Translations under genes and position numbers: made by a program
Notes under the pieces: generated by a model
The model's database searches: none
Told to the model about the DNA's origin: nothing
What the model saw: only the letters and a program-made list of their open reading frames with translations
Origin: the human T2T-CHM13v2.0 reference genome, Homo sapiens
Length of the DNA stretch: 64,000 nt
NCBI RefSeq assembly: GCF_009914755.1
Contig: NC_060930.1
Reading direction: 5' to 3' (one strand)
Part shown: positions 14,801-28,924 of the stretch, piece by piece
Position numbering within the stretch: position 1 is the first letter of the stretch
Layout: every line of letters begins with the position of its first letter

Positions 14801-15575
14801 TTTATGCAAGCCTGATGAAATCCACTTTTGTGCCCACTCCAGGTGAGTGGGATGGGGAAAGAGGGAGGGAAGACCCTGCTATTTATTTGAGTTGGTGACC
14901 ACTGATGTTAGATCATCCTTGCCTTGTAGCTTTGCATTTCCCTAAGGCTATTTCAGATCTCCCTCTGTCTTCAAACCCAAAAGGCTTAAGCCCTGCCCCT
15001 CACTCTGAGCTAGTGAGGCTGCTTCCTGTTTCATTGAAGAAATCAACACAAGCAATCAGGAGAACTTAGAGGTACCAGCCAGCCTGTGTCTGCATATCAT
15101 GTCTGCCTTCTGTGATGTACACACTCTGCCAGAAATCTCCTTGTTCCTCTGGAAGGCTGCTCTGTGCCCTTGGTCCACTCAAGTTCTTGGTTTTTCCCCA
15201 CACCATCCATTTCTCTGTCCTTCCCATTGGCATTTAAACATGCCATCATTTCTCCCACCCCAAACAAAACAAAACAAAAACGCCTTTCTTGACCGAAACC
15301 ACAAGCCTGTTTTTCTCTTTTCTTGTATTCCCCATTTGCTGGTATCCCTTGAATTTACTCTGTCTAGGCTTTTATTTCAACTATTCTATTGAAATGGCTC
15401 TTTTCATACTTTCTTTTTTTTTTTTTTTCACTTGCTTTGTAAATTGAGAGGTAAAATTGTATGTATTTACTGTGTACAATGTGATGTTTTGAAGTATATA
15501 TACTACATTGTAGAGTGAGTACATCTAGCTAATTAACATATACATTACCTCACATAGTTACCATTTTCGTGGTAG

Positions 15576-15909
<334 letters not shown>

Positions 15910-16020
15910 AACATTTTTCAAGAATACAATATATTATTAACTACAGTCACCATGTTGTACAACAGATCTCTTGAACTTATTCTTCCCATCTAACTGAAAT
16001 TTTGTATCTTTGATCGACAT

Positions 16021-16633
16021 CTTCCCAACTTCCAGCCCACCCCAGCCCGTGGTGCCCCCATCCCACTCTCTACTTTCCAACAACCAGCCCGCCCCAGCCC
16101 GTGAGCCACCATCCTACTATCCACTTCCCAACTCCCAGCCCATGCCAGCCCATGGTACCCCCATTCCACTCTCCACTCCCCAACAACCAGTCCATCCCAG
16201 CCCGTGAACCACCATCCCACTCTCCACTTCCCAACAACCAGCCAACCCCAGCCCATGAGCCACCATCCCACTCTTCACTTCCCAGCAACCAGCCCATCCC
16301 AGCCCCCGGTGATCCCATTCCACTCTCCACTCCCCAACGACCAGCCCATCCCAGCCCATGGTGCCCCCATTCTACTCTCCACTCCCCAACTCCCAGCCCT
16401 TCCCAGCCCGTGGTGCCCCCATTCCACTCTCTACTCCCGAACTGCCAGCCCCACCCCAGCCTGTGGTGCCCCCATTCCACTCTCCACTCCCCAACTCCCA
16501 GCCCATGGTGCCCCCTTTCCACTCTCCACTCCCGAACTGCCAGCGCCACCCCAGCCTGTGGTGCCCCCATTCCACTCTACTCCCCAGCTCCCAGCCCTTC
16601 CCAGCCCGTGGTGCCCCCATTCCACTCTCCACT
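16021..16633. repeat. C-rich minisatellite, ~12 copies of a ~51-53 bp unit
   Basis: Unit approx ctccccaactcccagcccaycccagcccrtggtgcccccattccactctcca; source of the overlapping Pro/His-rich and Gly/Trp-rich ORFs. Confidence 0.93.
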
Positions 16634-17678
16634 TCTGAGATTACCTTTCCTAGAGGCCACATTTGAGTGAGATCATGCGGTATGAAACAGCTCTTTTCAA
16701 AGCCTCCAGTGTTCTGTTATTCAGCCTGATGGGTGATAGTCATTCCTTCCATCCTTCGCCTGTCATTAGGATTCCATGCAGCTGACGGTATCTTCCTCCT
16801 CGGAGCACCTGTCTTGCTTGGTTCCTGGGACGCCACCCTCTCCTGGCTCTCTTCCTACTTTGTGGCCGCTCCTTGCCTTTCCTTGCTAGATTTTCTTTAT
16901 CTTTCTGGCCTCCAAATACTGGCCCATGACCAGGGCTCAGTGTTGGCCCCTCTTTTTTTGTGGCTCTACCCACCTTACCTGTATGATTTCTTTTACTTTC
17001 AAAGCTTTACGTATCTGGAGACTTGTGACTTTCATATGTACTTTTGCAACTTGGATCTGTCTTGTCCTTTCTACATCTATGTATGTCCAGCTCCTGCAGG
17101 TAATCACTAATTTGAATGCCCAACAGGCTTTGGAAAATCAACATATCCAAAGCGGGCCTCTGGCCACCCAGCCCTTTATCCACAAACCTGCCCTGTGTAT
17201 ATTTTCCCCCATCCCAACAATATGTATGTCAATCCATCCTTTCTGACCCTTTGAAATCTTTGGCTCTTCTCTATCAAGCCCACTTTTTTTCTCTTTTTTT
17301 CCAAATAATGTGTGTGGTTTCACCTTAAGAAAATAAGATTTATGAGTGGAAGGACTTTGTTTTGTCATTATGTCCCCAGCACCTAGGTCAATGCCTGCAC
17401 AAAGTAGAAACTTAGTAAACATGGTGAAAATTGTTGATTTAATCATTCAAAAAATCTTTTTTATTTGCTGAAACATAGTAAAACATACTTTACAGTGTTG
17501 AAGAAGGTAAATGTTTACTGCTGGGTATTTAAATTTTGTGATTTCTTTTGGAATTGCAGATAGTGCTTTGTGGAATGCTTTTATAGCTGGTTCCTTTGTG
17601 CAGTATAGATGCATGTATGTGAGCAAACAGGCTTTCTTCTTTGATAGAATTGCTGGGCAAAAGAACAGGCACATTTTA

Positions 17679-17984
17679 GGCCAGGTGCAGTGGCTCATGC
17701 CTGTAATCCCAGCCCTTTGGGAAGCTGAGGTGGGTGGATCACCTGAGGTCAGAAGTTCGAGACCAGCCTGGCCAACATGGTGAAACCCTGTCTCTACTAA
17801 AAATATAAAAAATTAGACAGGTGTGGTCGCGCATGCCTGTAGTCTCAGCTACTCAGGAGGCTGAGGGAGGAGAATCGCTTGAACCCAGGAGGCAGAGGTC
17901 GCAGTGAGCTGAGATCGTGCCACTGCACTGCAGCCTCGGTGACAGAGCAAGACTCTGTCTCAAAAAAAATTAAAAAAAAAAAAA
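17679..17984 (+). mobile_element. AluSx-like
   Basis: Full dimer; TSD gcacatttta. Confidence 0.93.
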
Positions 17985-18007
17985 GCACATTTTAAAGATT
18001 TGGTTTT

Positions 18008-18302
<295 letters not shown>

Positions 18303-21300
18303 GCCCCACCTCTTTTTTAACCAAATTCCTCTCTAGAAGGTTTTTTAACAAATTACGCGCCCCACCCCCCCAGCTCACTTTCCTACATTTTAATATATAT
18401 TTTCCAGTGGTTCTTATTTTAAGTTTTATTTTTAGTGAGGATTTAACTGTTTTCTGAGCACCGACAGAATTAAAGAGCCCTCACAGAATTTGGAATTAGG
18501 ATGGATCTAGGTGATGTGTTACAATGATGGAACAGATCGTGGAAATTCGATTGTATCAGGAAGAAGTACACAGTTGGACATTGGTAATTTTTTTTGATTT
18601 ACTGCTGACACTGCGGCTCCATGAATTCCACAACTTCTTGTTGTTTACATTTTTGTTACCATTACCATTTCTTGTCTCTGCTGCTCTTTTTAGGGGGCAG
18701 AATTAGAACTGGAGTGAGTAGGTCTGGTTTATTCTTCCTGTTGTAGATAGAGGATAACTAGGACATCAGAGGTTCACACTGTGCGTTCATCAGACATCTT
18801 ATTTACCCAACACTCGTCATTTCCTTCTTTTAAAAAGCATCTATTTTTATGGCCTTTAAAAAAAGCTATTTGAAGAAGTTGCTTCCATTTTAAAGTATTT
18901 TTACATCCTAGCTTACTTCCTCAGACTTCATTAACCGAGATTTAATACTTTTATATAGAAGGGGAAAGCTCCTTCAATGCTGTGGTTTAGTTTTTGTTTT
19001 GTTTTGCTCTAACGTTTCTGCTTGCCTTATGTTTCCCCGTTGTCAGGTCTCGATGCATCACATGCAGGTCTGCTTCCCGGTCCCCTCTTAGCAAGCTCTC
19101 ATGACCTTTCTCTCTCCTCCTAGTACCTTTAGACTCAGAATCGTTTTCCTTTTACCTCTGACTCCTGTTCTGCTTCAGACTTACTCTCCTAAGATACTGG
19201 AAGAGACCTCCTTTCCTGTTAAGGCACACATTTCTCCAGGAACCTTCACCCATCGTCTCCTGGCAGATGTTGTGTGTTAAGTGTCAAGGCCAGTGTTCCA
19301 ACAATCAGGTAACTCAAAGAGAGTTGCCTGGCCGCAGACAGGGGGCTGTCTGTCAGTACCCTTTCTTGTGACCGAGGTCTTCTGCTGGTCTGGAACAGTT
19401 GGCATCCTCGCACAACCCTGTCTGTTTTCATGGCTTTAAGGGACACTGTTGTGCCCTCATAGCCAGAAAAACCTTTTTCTTTTCTTAGAGAAGAGTTGTA
19501 GCAAGTAACCCTATTTAAGAAGTCACCATTTTTTTTTTAGAGAGTATGGATCTTTTTAAAAAACCTTAGTGTAAAGCAGCAACATAATTTCAAACTTGGC
19601 TTTTATACGTATAGTTTCTCTTCAAGTTGATATAGTTGTTTCGGATTCTTAAGAGAAATAATGGGTATTATGAAAGTGTACTTATTTACCTCAGGGTCTG
19701 TTGGACAAGCAAAACATAAACCATTTTATGAGCCCCTTTGGGCTTGGGACTGTTTTGCATGTGGGAATCTAGTGTTGAGTCAGACGTTGTTGCTGACCTA
19801 AAGGAGCCCCTAGTTGAACAGGAGGGTTGACGGTGCCGTGGGAGGGGTGTGTTTCAAGCTGTGATTCTAGTGTTGTGAGGCTTAGGAGAAGATGTTGATA
19901 AAAGTGTCTCAGAGGAAGTCTGGAAGAATGAGGAAGACTTTGCTGGTGAGAGAAGAAGTGATCCTGGGATAGGGCCAGTTCCTTGTTAGTGAAAATAGAG
20001 GGGATGCCCATTCCTGAGAGATACTGAAGTAGACAATGAGGTCAGTTAACAGTCAAGGTCATTTAGATGGAGCATATTAATTATGGTGGGAACTGGTGAT
20101 TTATATTGCCTTTGCCTCAGTGATTAAAAATGAAATGAGGTTATTTATTGTTCAATATCATTTAAAACAGAAAATAGTACTAGTTTAGCAGTTAACTTCT
20201 AGCAGTAGATCACTTGGTAGTTGGACCAAGTGGAAATCTGAGTCTACTTTTATGAGAGTAGGTAGATGGGTGTTTAAATGATATTTTCTAAAATATCTTT
20301 CTTCAGACATCTTTTTGGTCAGCAATTTTTAAAAGAGATGCCGTGAACTGGAAGTACTTGGCACATGGGCAATCATTTGGAAAAGAACAAAATAGTACTG
20401 GAACATGGGGGTAAAATAGGTTTCAATTTTTTAACATAAAATATCCATCATAATCCACATAGTAAGCAAAATCTTTCAAAGGAGCTTAACTTAGAAAAAA
20501 TACTTTTTTTAAAGCTAAAAACATAGTGAAATATATTTTTGATTTAAAGCTTGTAACAGCATGCCACTCAAGTCATTGAAGGAACACAGAAGTCACATTA
20601 GGGACAGAGGCTGTGATCCATTGTGGGGTAAACAGTTCCTTATATTGTTGTTATTTATATTATGCAAATCTGTTTCTTATATAGAAATAAGACCAAAATT
20701 TAATTTATAAGCCAATCCTGCAGATTTTGGGGGAAAATTAACCTTACAAGGCCTGTGGAAAGCCACTGAAGTGTTCATTTCACTTATTTTAAGATTTTAT
20801 TATAAGAGCAAAAAAACAAGGACATATATAGTTTGTTGCCATTAATTGCTTAGTTTTTGGATATTAACACAGTCTATTAACTCAGTAAAAACCAGAATAT
20901 AGTTAATGTTATTCTTTGTTTTAAAGGATATTATTAGTGAAGACTTGGGTTATGTTTGAATTTTGAATCTTTTTCTTTCTTCTTGCTACAGTTGTCTCAG
21001 GCTTTGAACCATTGCTGAGGGAGATTTCCTTTTAAGTTTGAAGAGCTTGTAAGCATCCGAGGAGACAACTTCTGGGTCACTTAGTGGCTGAGCAAGGCCT
21101 ATTCCTAGACTCTGATTGTTGACTTGGGGCTTCTAACCTTGTGTTGGGGCCGGTTTTGGGAGCACAGAGGTGGGGTTAGATAGGCTGCAGGAGCCACCAG
21201 CCTGCCTGCGCTCGCTCTGGCAGGATGACTGATGCCAGGAGGATGGGAATGAGGACTAGTGACCTTCCTCTCTCTGTTCCCTTTTTCTCCCTTGGGGGAA

Positions 21301-22078
21301 AAACTAGTATAGTAAAAGCTCAGCACTCGTTTTGAATATAGGTGTAATTTGCTGCGTTAACAGTTTCAGTTTATTGTGTGTTTTGGTGGCGTTATTCCTG
21401 AAAGCTTCTTAAAATAAAAAAAGTAGAAAAAAAGACCCATTGAAGAATGAAGAAAAATAACATTTTGAGAATGTTAGAATGTCTTTTGGTATGAATTTGG
21501 TTTTCTTAATTGCTGTAGAAATCAGGGTGAATCTGTAGTTAGTTGCAACTATGTCTGCCTGGGCCTTTGCTTTTCCTTAATAGTAGCAGAAGAAAGCAAG
21601 AGAAAAATCCTCAGATTTTATACACATCACTTCTAGTATCGAAGCATTTTTGGCTTTTAATGGAAAACTTTCAGTGTTTTTTTAATATGTTTTGAAGTAT
21701 AATTGGGAATTTAATTGCATTGGATCATAATTTGATAATGCTATGTATTCATTTTCATATTTAACATATATTTTAAGTTTTTTTTTTCTTTCTAGTACCA
21801 GAATTAAAACCAGGAAGTGAGGAATTATATAGTAATAATATTTTCAATACTAATTTTAGAAAGGGGATGGAAGGCTCCTCCTGAGAAGAGTAGCCAGGAA
21901 GCCAGGCAGGCCTGGAGTGTGTGGCCAGCTGTGTCCTGGTTTGAAGCATCTCAGACACTGTTGGGCAGCTGCTTAGCCCAGTTTAACTGAAATGTGGAGG
22001 AGATCACATCAGCTGGGCATGACTGTCTACCATGGAGGCAGGAGAGGAAAACCTTAGATTGTTGAAGATGTATTTCTT

Positions 22079-22230
22079 AGTTGGGCGTGTTAGCGGACAT
22101 CTGTAGCTCCAGCTGCTCAGGAGGCTGAGGCAGGAGGATCCCTGAGCCCAGGAGTTCAAGGCTGCAGTGAGCTCTGATCGCACCACTGCACTCCAGCCTG
22201 GGTCACAGAGTGAGACCTTGGCTCTTTAAA
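22079..22230 (+). mobile_element. Alu monomer (FRAM/AluJ right arm)
   Basis: ggaggatccctgagcccaggagttcaaggctgcagtgagc. Confidence 0.85.
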
Positions 22231-23217
22231 TGAATGAATGAATGATATATTTCATCAAAGGCTAAAGAAAAACTTCAAACACCTTAAGAGGAGGGTTTAG
22301 TCTAAAGAGCAATTAAGCTTCACCTCCTTCTCTGATCCTAACACTGCTATAACTAACTGTAGGTGGGTGATCCCTCTCTCCCGCCAGAGGAGGATTTATG
22401 GAATTGAACCAGATGTCTTCACGCATGAGTGGACATTGCCTTGTTCTCTAGTTTTTAGTCCTAGTTCCCCAGACTCAGCAGCCAGTGGAAGAAGAAGCCT
22501 GCTCTTCTAAACCAGAAAGTTGGGTAGAACTGGCGCTCTCCGAGCAAGCCTCCTCATTGCACCCCTTCACCTCCCTCCCCTTCAGCTCCCTGGGCCTGAC
22601 AGCCCATCTGTCTTCCTCTCTGATACCCTGCTCCTGCCCCCATTGGTATTGAGGGATGAAGTTGGGAAGAGAATGCAGTGTGCAGTTAAAAGTATCATCG
22701 AGGCTCATTATATATTCACTAATTCTCTTTCCTTGATATTTATATTCTGACACAAGGGAAATTGGGGAATTATTTTTTTCCTGGATTGTTTTTTTGCTAC
22801 TCTCAGCTGCTTTCATTTGTCTTTAACATGCTCATTTCAATATGTTAAACTATGAAAAATGAAATAAAACATAATTTATACATAAAGTTCTTTCTTCATC
22901 AGTTTCTTTGATTTTTAAAATTTTTAATTAGAGTAACAAGCTCTATGTATATTGTATTCCAGAGGAAGATTATCTTCAGATGTTTGAAATGTAGCATTAT
23001 TTTTAGCATTTGCTAATGTGGGCAGTGGTCACCTTTTTCTTTTTTTCTGCAAAAGAAAGAACAGAACCAGCTTAGGTCACTGATTGATTTTCCCCAAAGT
23101 GCTAGGCTTTTGGGAGAGGAATGGGTTTATGTCTCTTTGCATTAGCCTAGGGAGACAGAAGAAGATGGTGTCAGGAAGTCGGGCAGGGAAGGCCCTTTGG
23201 TATGTATACAGCTGTGG

Positions 23218-23396
23218 TTTTCTTTTCTTTCTCTTTTTCTTGTTCTTTTCTTTTCTTTTTTTTTTTTGACAGAGTTTCACTCTCGTTGCCCAGGCTGGAG
23301 GGCAGTGGTGCAATCTCAGCTCACCACAACCTCCGCCTCCCAGGTTCAAGTGATTCTCCTGCCTCAGCCTCCTGAGTAGCTGAGGGATTACAGGCA
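23218..23396 (-). mobile_element. Antisense Alu right arm with long T/C tail
   Basis: ttttgacagagtttcactctcgttgcccaggctgg...gattacaggc. Confidence 0.88.
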
Positions 23397-23546
23397 GTAA
23401 TTAATTAATTAATTAGCAGGGGGACTCCAGGACCCTGGACCCCACTGTTTTACCAGTTGCCAAATATTTGGTGTATCTTCCTTGCTTGAAAGCAGTAGTT
23501 CTCATGTCTGCTTTCCTTATGGAAGAGCAGTGGGGGATTAACTTCA

Positions 23547-23661
23547 GGATGAATATATTAGTCACCTTGCTTGGAAAGTTGGAGGTGTTCATTTTAACAT
23601 AAAGTGGGATGAATATATAGCTTGCCCTCCTTGGAAAGTTGGAGGTGTTTAACATAAAGTG
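23547..23661. repeat. Two-copy ~60-bp tandem duplication
   Basis: ggatgaatatat...ttggaaagttggaggtgtt...taacataaagtg at 23547 and again at 23607. Confidence 0.9.
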
Positions 23662-23828
23662 ACTAAAGAAATAAATAAAGTGGGTAAATAAATAAATTTT
23701 ATTTTAATTTAATTTTGATGTAATTGATGATAATTTCAGATTTCTGGAGTCATCTTTATGTTTTTTCCCAAATGGAAATTTGACTGTTTAAAAGGTAAAA
23801 AGTCTTCTACAGTAATAGCACTTGATGG

Positions 23829-23832
<4 letters not shown>

Positions 23833-23878
<46 letters not shown>
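23833..23878. repeat. (AC)23 microsatellite
   Basis: Read directly. Confidence 0.97.
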
Positions 23879-23884
<6 letters not shown>

Positions 23885-24533
23885 TAAGGGAATCTCTAAA
23901 AAATTCACATTTTCTGCTATTTCTTGGAGAAGGGGGATGCCTGTGGCCTGTCTACTTTCGTAGAAGATTGGTAAAGTTGATACTAATTGGATGCTAAGTT
24001 CTTTTTAGTATATTGTTTTTCTGAAAGTCTGTACTCTTAGAGTGGGGAAGAGATAATTTAGTAGATCAAATGATCCATTTTAACATCTTGTAAAAAGTTC
24101 AAAAAGTAATACATATTTGTAAAAAAAATTCAGCAGAATCCTTGTGCTTCTTGCATTTTGAAAGCATTATTGATACAATGCAAAACAACAGAATCTTCTT
24201 TATCTTTTATTGTCTTTGGCTGTTTCTTCTGTTTCTCTAGCTTTTTTTTTCTTTTTCTTTCCTTCAGTTATTTTAGCTTTCATTCCATAGGCATTTCACA
24301 GAGAAATCAGACAACTTTTGAGATTAACCCCCTCAGCAGTTTTAGGGATGAATTGGCAAGACAGGCTTTTGAGGCAGGATCTTTCTGGCACTTTACTTCA
24401 CTCTCTTTGGCAAAAAGAAGGTCTGTACCTCTTTATCCAGCACGCGGGTTCAGGAGCTCTGTCTCAGCAGGTCACTGTCATGCCACTTGCAACCCCCCAT
24501 GGTATTCATCTAAGTGAAGAGTGTGGATAATAA

Positions 24534-24858
<325 letters not shown>

Positions 24859-25844
24859 TAGGTAGCTCTTTAGACTAGAGTTACTTAAGCAGTCTGGGCT
24901 TTTATTGCATGTTTAATTCAGATACTAATGGCATATTTGCAAATTCTTAAGTAATTTTTATTTGTGTTTCAGTTATTTAGAAAAGTATTACAATGTTGAA
25001 TGTGGTTATTTGCAGCTAATCTGGTTCAAAACATCTCTATGAAATTATGATGTTTTCAGTTTTGGTAAATCCCATTGTTGATTATCTCTGTTCTTACCCT
25101 TTAATCTTTCTGGAGTCTTTGAGAATCTGGTAAAAGCTACAGATTCTCCTCCCAGACAAATACATGCATCACAGAGTTGCTGTATTCTCAGGGGAGTGTT
25201 CAAAGACCTTCTACTCCAGGTCAAGAATTCAGGCCCTAGATATGAGTTATGGTCCCAGTGTGGGGTAGGAAGAACTGATGTTGCTAGTTTCTGAAGGCCT
25301 CCTGTGGCCCTCCAGGTCTGTGGCTCGTGTGCCGGAAGTAGTCTGCTTCTTGGTTGGGAGAAGAAGGGGCTTGGGTTCTTGGAGCAAGAATCAGCCTTCC
25401 AAGTGTGAGATGCCAGTGCAGGGCCATGTCATTGAAAAGCTGATGATGATCTTCTCAAGTTGTTGCTTTAACCACAGTAAGACAAATAAGACCATCCCTG
25501 GCCCAAGGAGGATAGGTGAAGGGTGGGTGGACAGGTATCTACCTGGGAAATTAGCCATTGTTAATGTTACAGCAAAATGCCCTATTACAGATGCTAGGTA
25601 ATGGAGTAATATCCAAAACCCCACATTGTAGGACTCACTTAATTATCATAATTTAATGAAAATATAACACTGTATTTAATCAACAGTCCTCGAAATTTAT
25701 AGACAAATCTGGGAAATTCAGATTCCTGGACCCCATCCTCCGGTTGGGAATTGTCAGCTGTCAGGTAGGGTCCAGAAGTGCCTCCTTATCTGGTGGGTGG
25801 GAGCATCGTTAAGTGCACACACTCTAGAGAAAGAATATCTTGGT

Positions 25845-26040
25845 TCCCATCCCTTCTCCACCACTTGCCAACTGAGTGACCTTGGCAGGTTACTCAACCT
25901 AATTTTCTTCATAAGTAAAATAGTACTTACTTTATGGGGTCAGTGTGGAAATCAAGAGTTTATTGTATGAGTAAAGCACTTAGGAGAGTACCTGATAGAT
26001 GGTGTGATGTAGAATTATTAGCAGCTGCTGTTACTACCAA
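25845..26040 (+). mobile_element. MIR
   Basis: ccacttgccaactgagtgaccttggcaggttactcaacct...gtaaagcacttag MIR core. Confidence 0.7.
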
Positions 26041-26091
26041 CACTGTCCTCAGCATCATGGCCACTGGATAAAGTTCTATTAGTTGATTCTC

Positions 26092-26381
<290 letters not shown>

Positions 26382-26544
26382 TGATTCTCATTCTTAAATA
26401 TGCTTTTAAAAATAACAATAGCTGACATCTGTGAACATTTAAATGGCACCAGGCACAGTGCTAATTGCTTGAAGGCAGTGTGTCATGATCATGAATACAA
26501 CCTTAGAAGGTAGGTTCCTGTATCTTAGTAGCAGGTCCCTTATA

Positions 26545-27092
26545 CAGTCATCCCCCTTGTCAGCCAGGGGATGGGATAAGTTCCAAGACCCCCAGTGGAT
26601 GCCTGAAAGTGTGGATAGTACTGAACTCTGTGCATACTATGCACAAATTTCTTTTTCCTTTACAGTTTCAAGGATAAAAGATTCATTCTTTCCCTAGATC
26701 TTAGCAACCTCAGGATGTGCTATTTTTTTCTTTGCTTATTAAGTCAAGAACTTTTCACTTAAAGGAAGTAGTTTACAGCTTCTCTTTGGCTGACTGATTG
26801 CCAGCATCACTATTCTGGTGCCTTGGGGCCATTATGAAGTAAAATTAGCGTGATTTGAACACAAGCACTGATACTGGATCTGGTAACAGCTCCTAAGTGA
26901 CCAGTGGATGGGAAGCGCCTGCAACGTGGATTGCCTCACAAAGGGAGGAGTCACATCCAGGCGGGCAATTTAAAATTGTGAATTGTTTATTTCTGGAATT
27001 TTTTCCCTTTAATATTTTTGAACCACAGTTGACCATGGGTAACTGAAATCATGGACAGCGAAACCGTGGGTAAGGGTGGTGGGGAGCTACTG
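26545..27092 (-). mobile_element. MER44/Tigger7-type DNA transposon, inserted in a MIR
   Basis: TA-flanked termini cagtcatcccc.../...ggggagctactg; gttgaccatgggtaactgaaa and gtttatttctggaatttt motifs. Confidence 0.75.
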
Positions 27093-27749
27093 TATCTTGG
27101 TTTTATGGATGAGGAAAGGAATTATTTAGGTAATAAGTTATAGGGAGCTGAGATTCTTGGATGTTGTATAGATTTTTAAAAATTATTAGATACATTACTT
27201 TTTCCCTACAAAAAGTATAGAGAGCAGAACATTTACTGTGGCTCATTTGCCTTTATGACTTTATTAAAATACATTCATTATTAAAAATCTTAACTAGTCT
27301 TTAGTCTTGCCTATCATTATGTTGATTATTTTAGGAAAATTAATTTTAGGCAACCATGTGGCTTCCTTTCTCATTCTGAGCCCACTGTTAGTTTAGGAAG
27401 AAGTCTTATGAAAACTTCTTTCCTACGAAAGAAGGCAAATTTAAAAGCTTGTCTTAAGTTTTGAATATAAATTAGCAGCCTCTAGGATTCTTGCTTCTTA
27501 AGCTTAGGGGAGATGGCTGCTCTTGGTATTGCTCTGTTCTTTTCTTCCATATCCCCTCAGGGTTCCTCTATACTGAAGCCAGGGACTGCAGGTCCTTGTT
27601 TACATGGGTGTCCTGTGCCATGGTGACATTCTGTGAATTGCAGGCGTTTTGCAGTGTTGAGTCCTTTGTCAGTAAGACTGAGACTTATCAGTAAGAAAGC
27701 ATCATGAAGTAGCTTATACAAGCCTGTCCTTTTTCTAGAATGGTTTTTT

Positions 27750-27908
27750 GTTGGGTATGGTGCCACACACCTGTAGTCCCAGCTACTCAGGAGGCTTAGG
27801 AGAAAGGATCCACTGAGCCCAGGAGTTTGAGTCACAGTGAGCTATGATTGTGCCACTGCAGTCCAGCTTGGGCACCACAGTGAGACCCTTTCTCTAAAAA
27901 AAAGAAAA
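27750..27908 (+). mobile_element. Alu monomer (FRAM/AluJ-like)
   Basis: cctgtagtcccagctactcaggagg...gagcccaggagtttgag. Confidence 0.85.
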
Positions 27909-28924
27909 TTATAAAAAGGTTTTAAAAAAGTCTGGAAATAATTATTCCTTTGAATTGATAGAAAATAAATAATATCCTGAATATTCTTTGGACTCATCAA
28001 TAATATATATAGTTTATTAGAAGGAATATGGCTTTAAGCTTCTAATTGGCCTCTGGGATTAGTTGCAGTTAAAAAGCATTTGCAGTTTAGACATGTGATT
28101 TTTATCTAAACTAAAAGATTTTTGGAGCAGAGGGGAAGGGAAACTATCGATGTGGACTGGGAAAAATTGAAGGGATTTAGTAGTCTTCTGAACAGATAAT
28201 GAACAGTACTCATCATGGCACATGCAAGAGACCCATTCCACCCCTGTTCTTTGAGCACCATGAGCCTGAGATAGACAAGCAGGAGGAGTGAAGGCACATG
28301 TGATGCACTCGTAGTCTGCATAGGCCATTGCCACCCAGTATGGCTGGTGGAATAGGAAACTAAGCTGTTTGGAGTCATACAGCTGATGAATAGTGAAGTT
28401 GGCATTTGAATTTGGGTTTGTCTGAACTCAAAGATTCAAGGTCCTTAGAAGAGATCTGTGGCTGCATAAGGCTTCTTGGAGCTGGTGAAATAGGACACCA
28501 GGCCTTTAAGAGGTGGGGTTAAGATAAAGTCAGAGTGTGAGATTTAGGCTGGGAGGGCACCTTCAGCTGAGATCAAAAGATTGAACAAGGATCACTGAGT
28601 CAACAAGAAGAGCAGGTTTTACTTTGGGAACCTAGGGGAAAAATGAAATTGTTAAGGTTAATTTGGTTAAGATCATGGAGGGGTTTTGTTTTGTTTTGTT
28701 TAGGATAGCTAAGCATTAGGATTTAATAGTGCAGCAAACATGTTAAAAATAGGTGGGGGCATTATGAAACAGAAAGATTGAAAGTTCTATGGTTAATGCT
28801 TAATGTATGTTCACAGGGGAGGAGGTTGGAGGCATAGTTTTTCAGATGAAAGCCAGAGTCAGTCTCAGCCCCACTCTAGGTTCATGAAGTTGCCTTTCAT
28901 ACCATTAACTTCATTCAGTTTCCT

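Noticed and set aside
16021-16633. Regularly spaced repeats resembling a CRISPR-like array
   Set aside because: Units are contiguous degenerate copies with no unique spacers; human intron with no cas genes
15990-16670. Overlapping 100-190 aa Pro/His/Ser-rich and Gly/Trp-rich ORFs
   Set aside because: By-product of a stop-poor C-rich minisatellite, open on both strands in several frames
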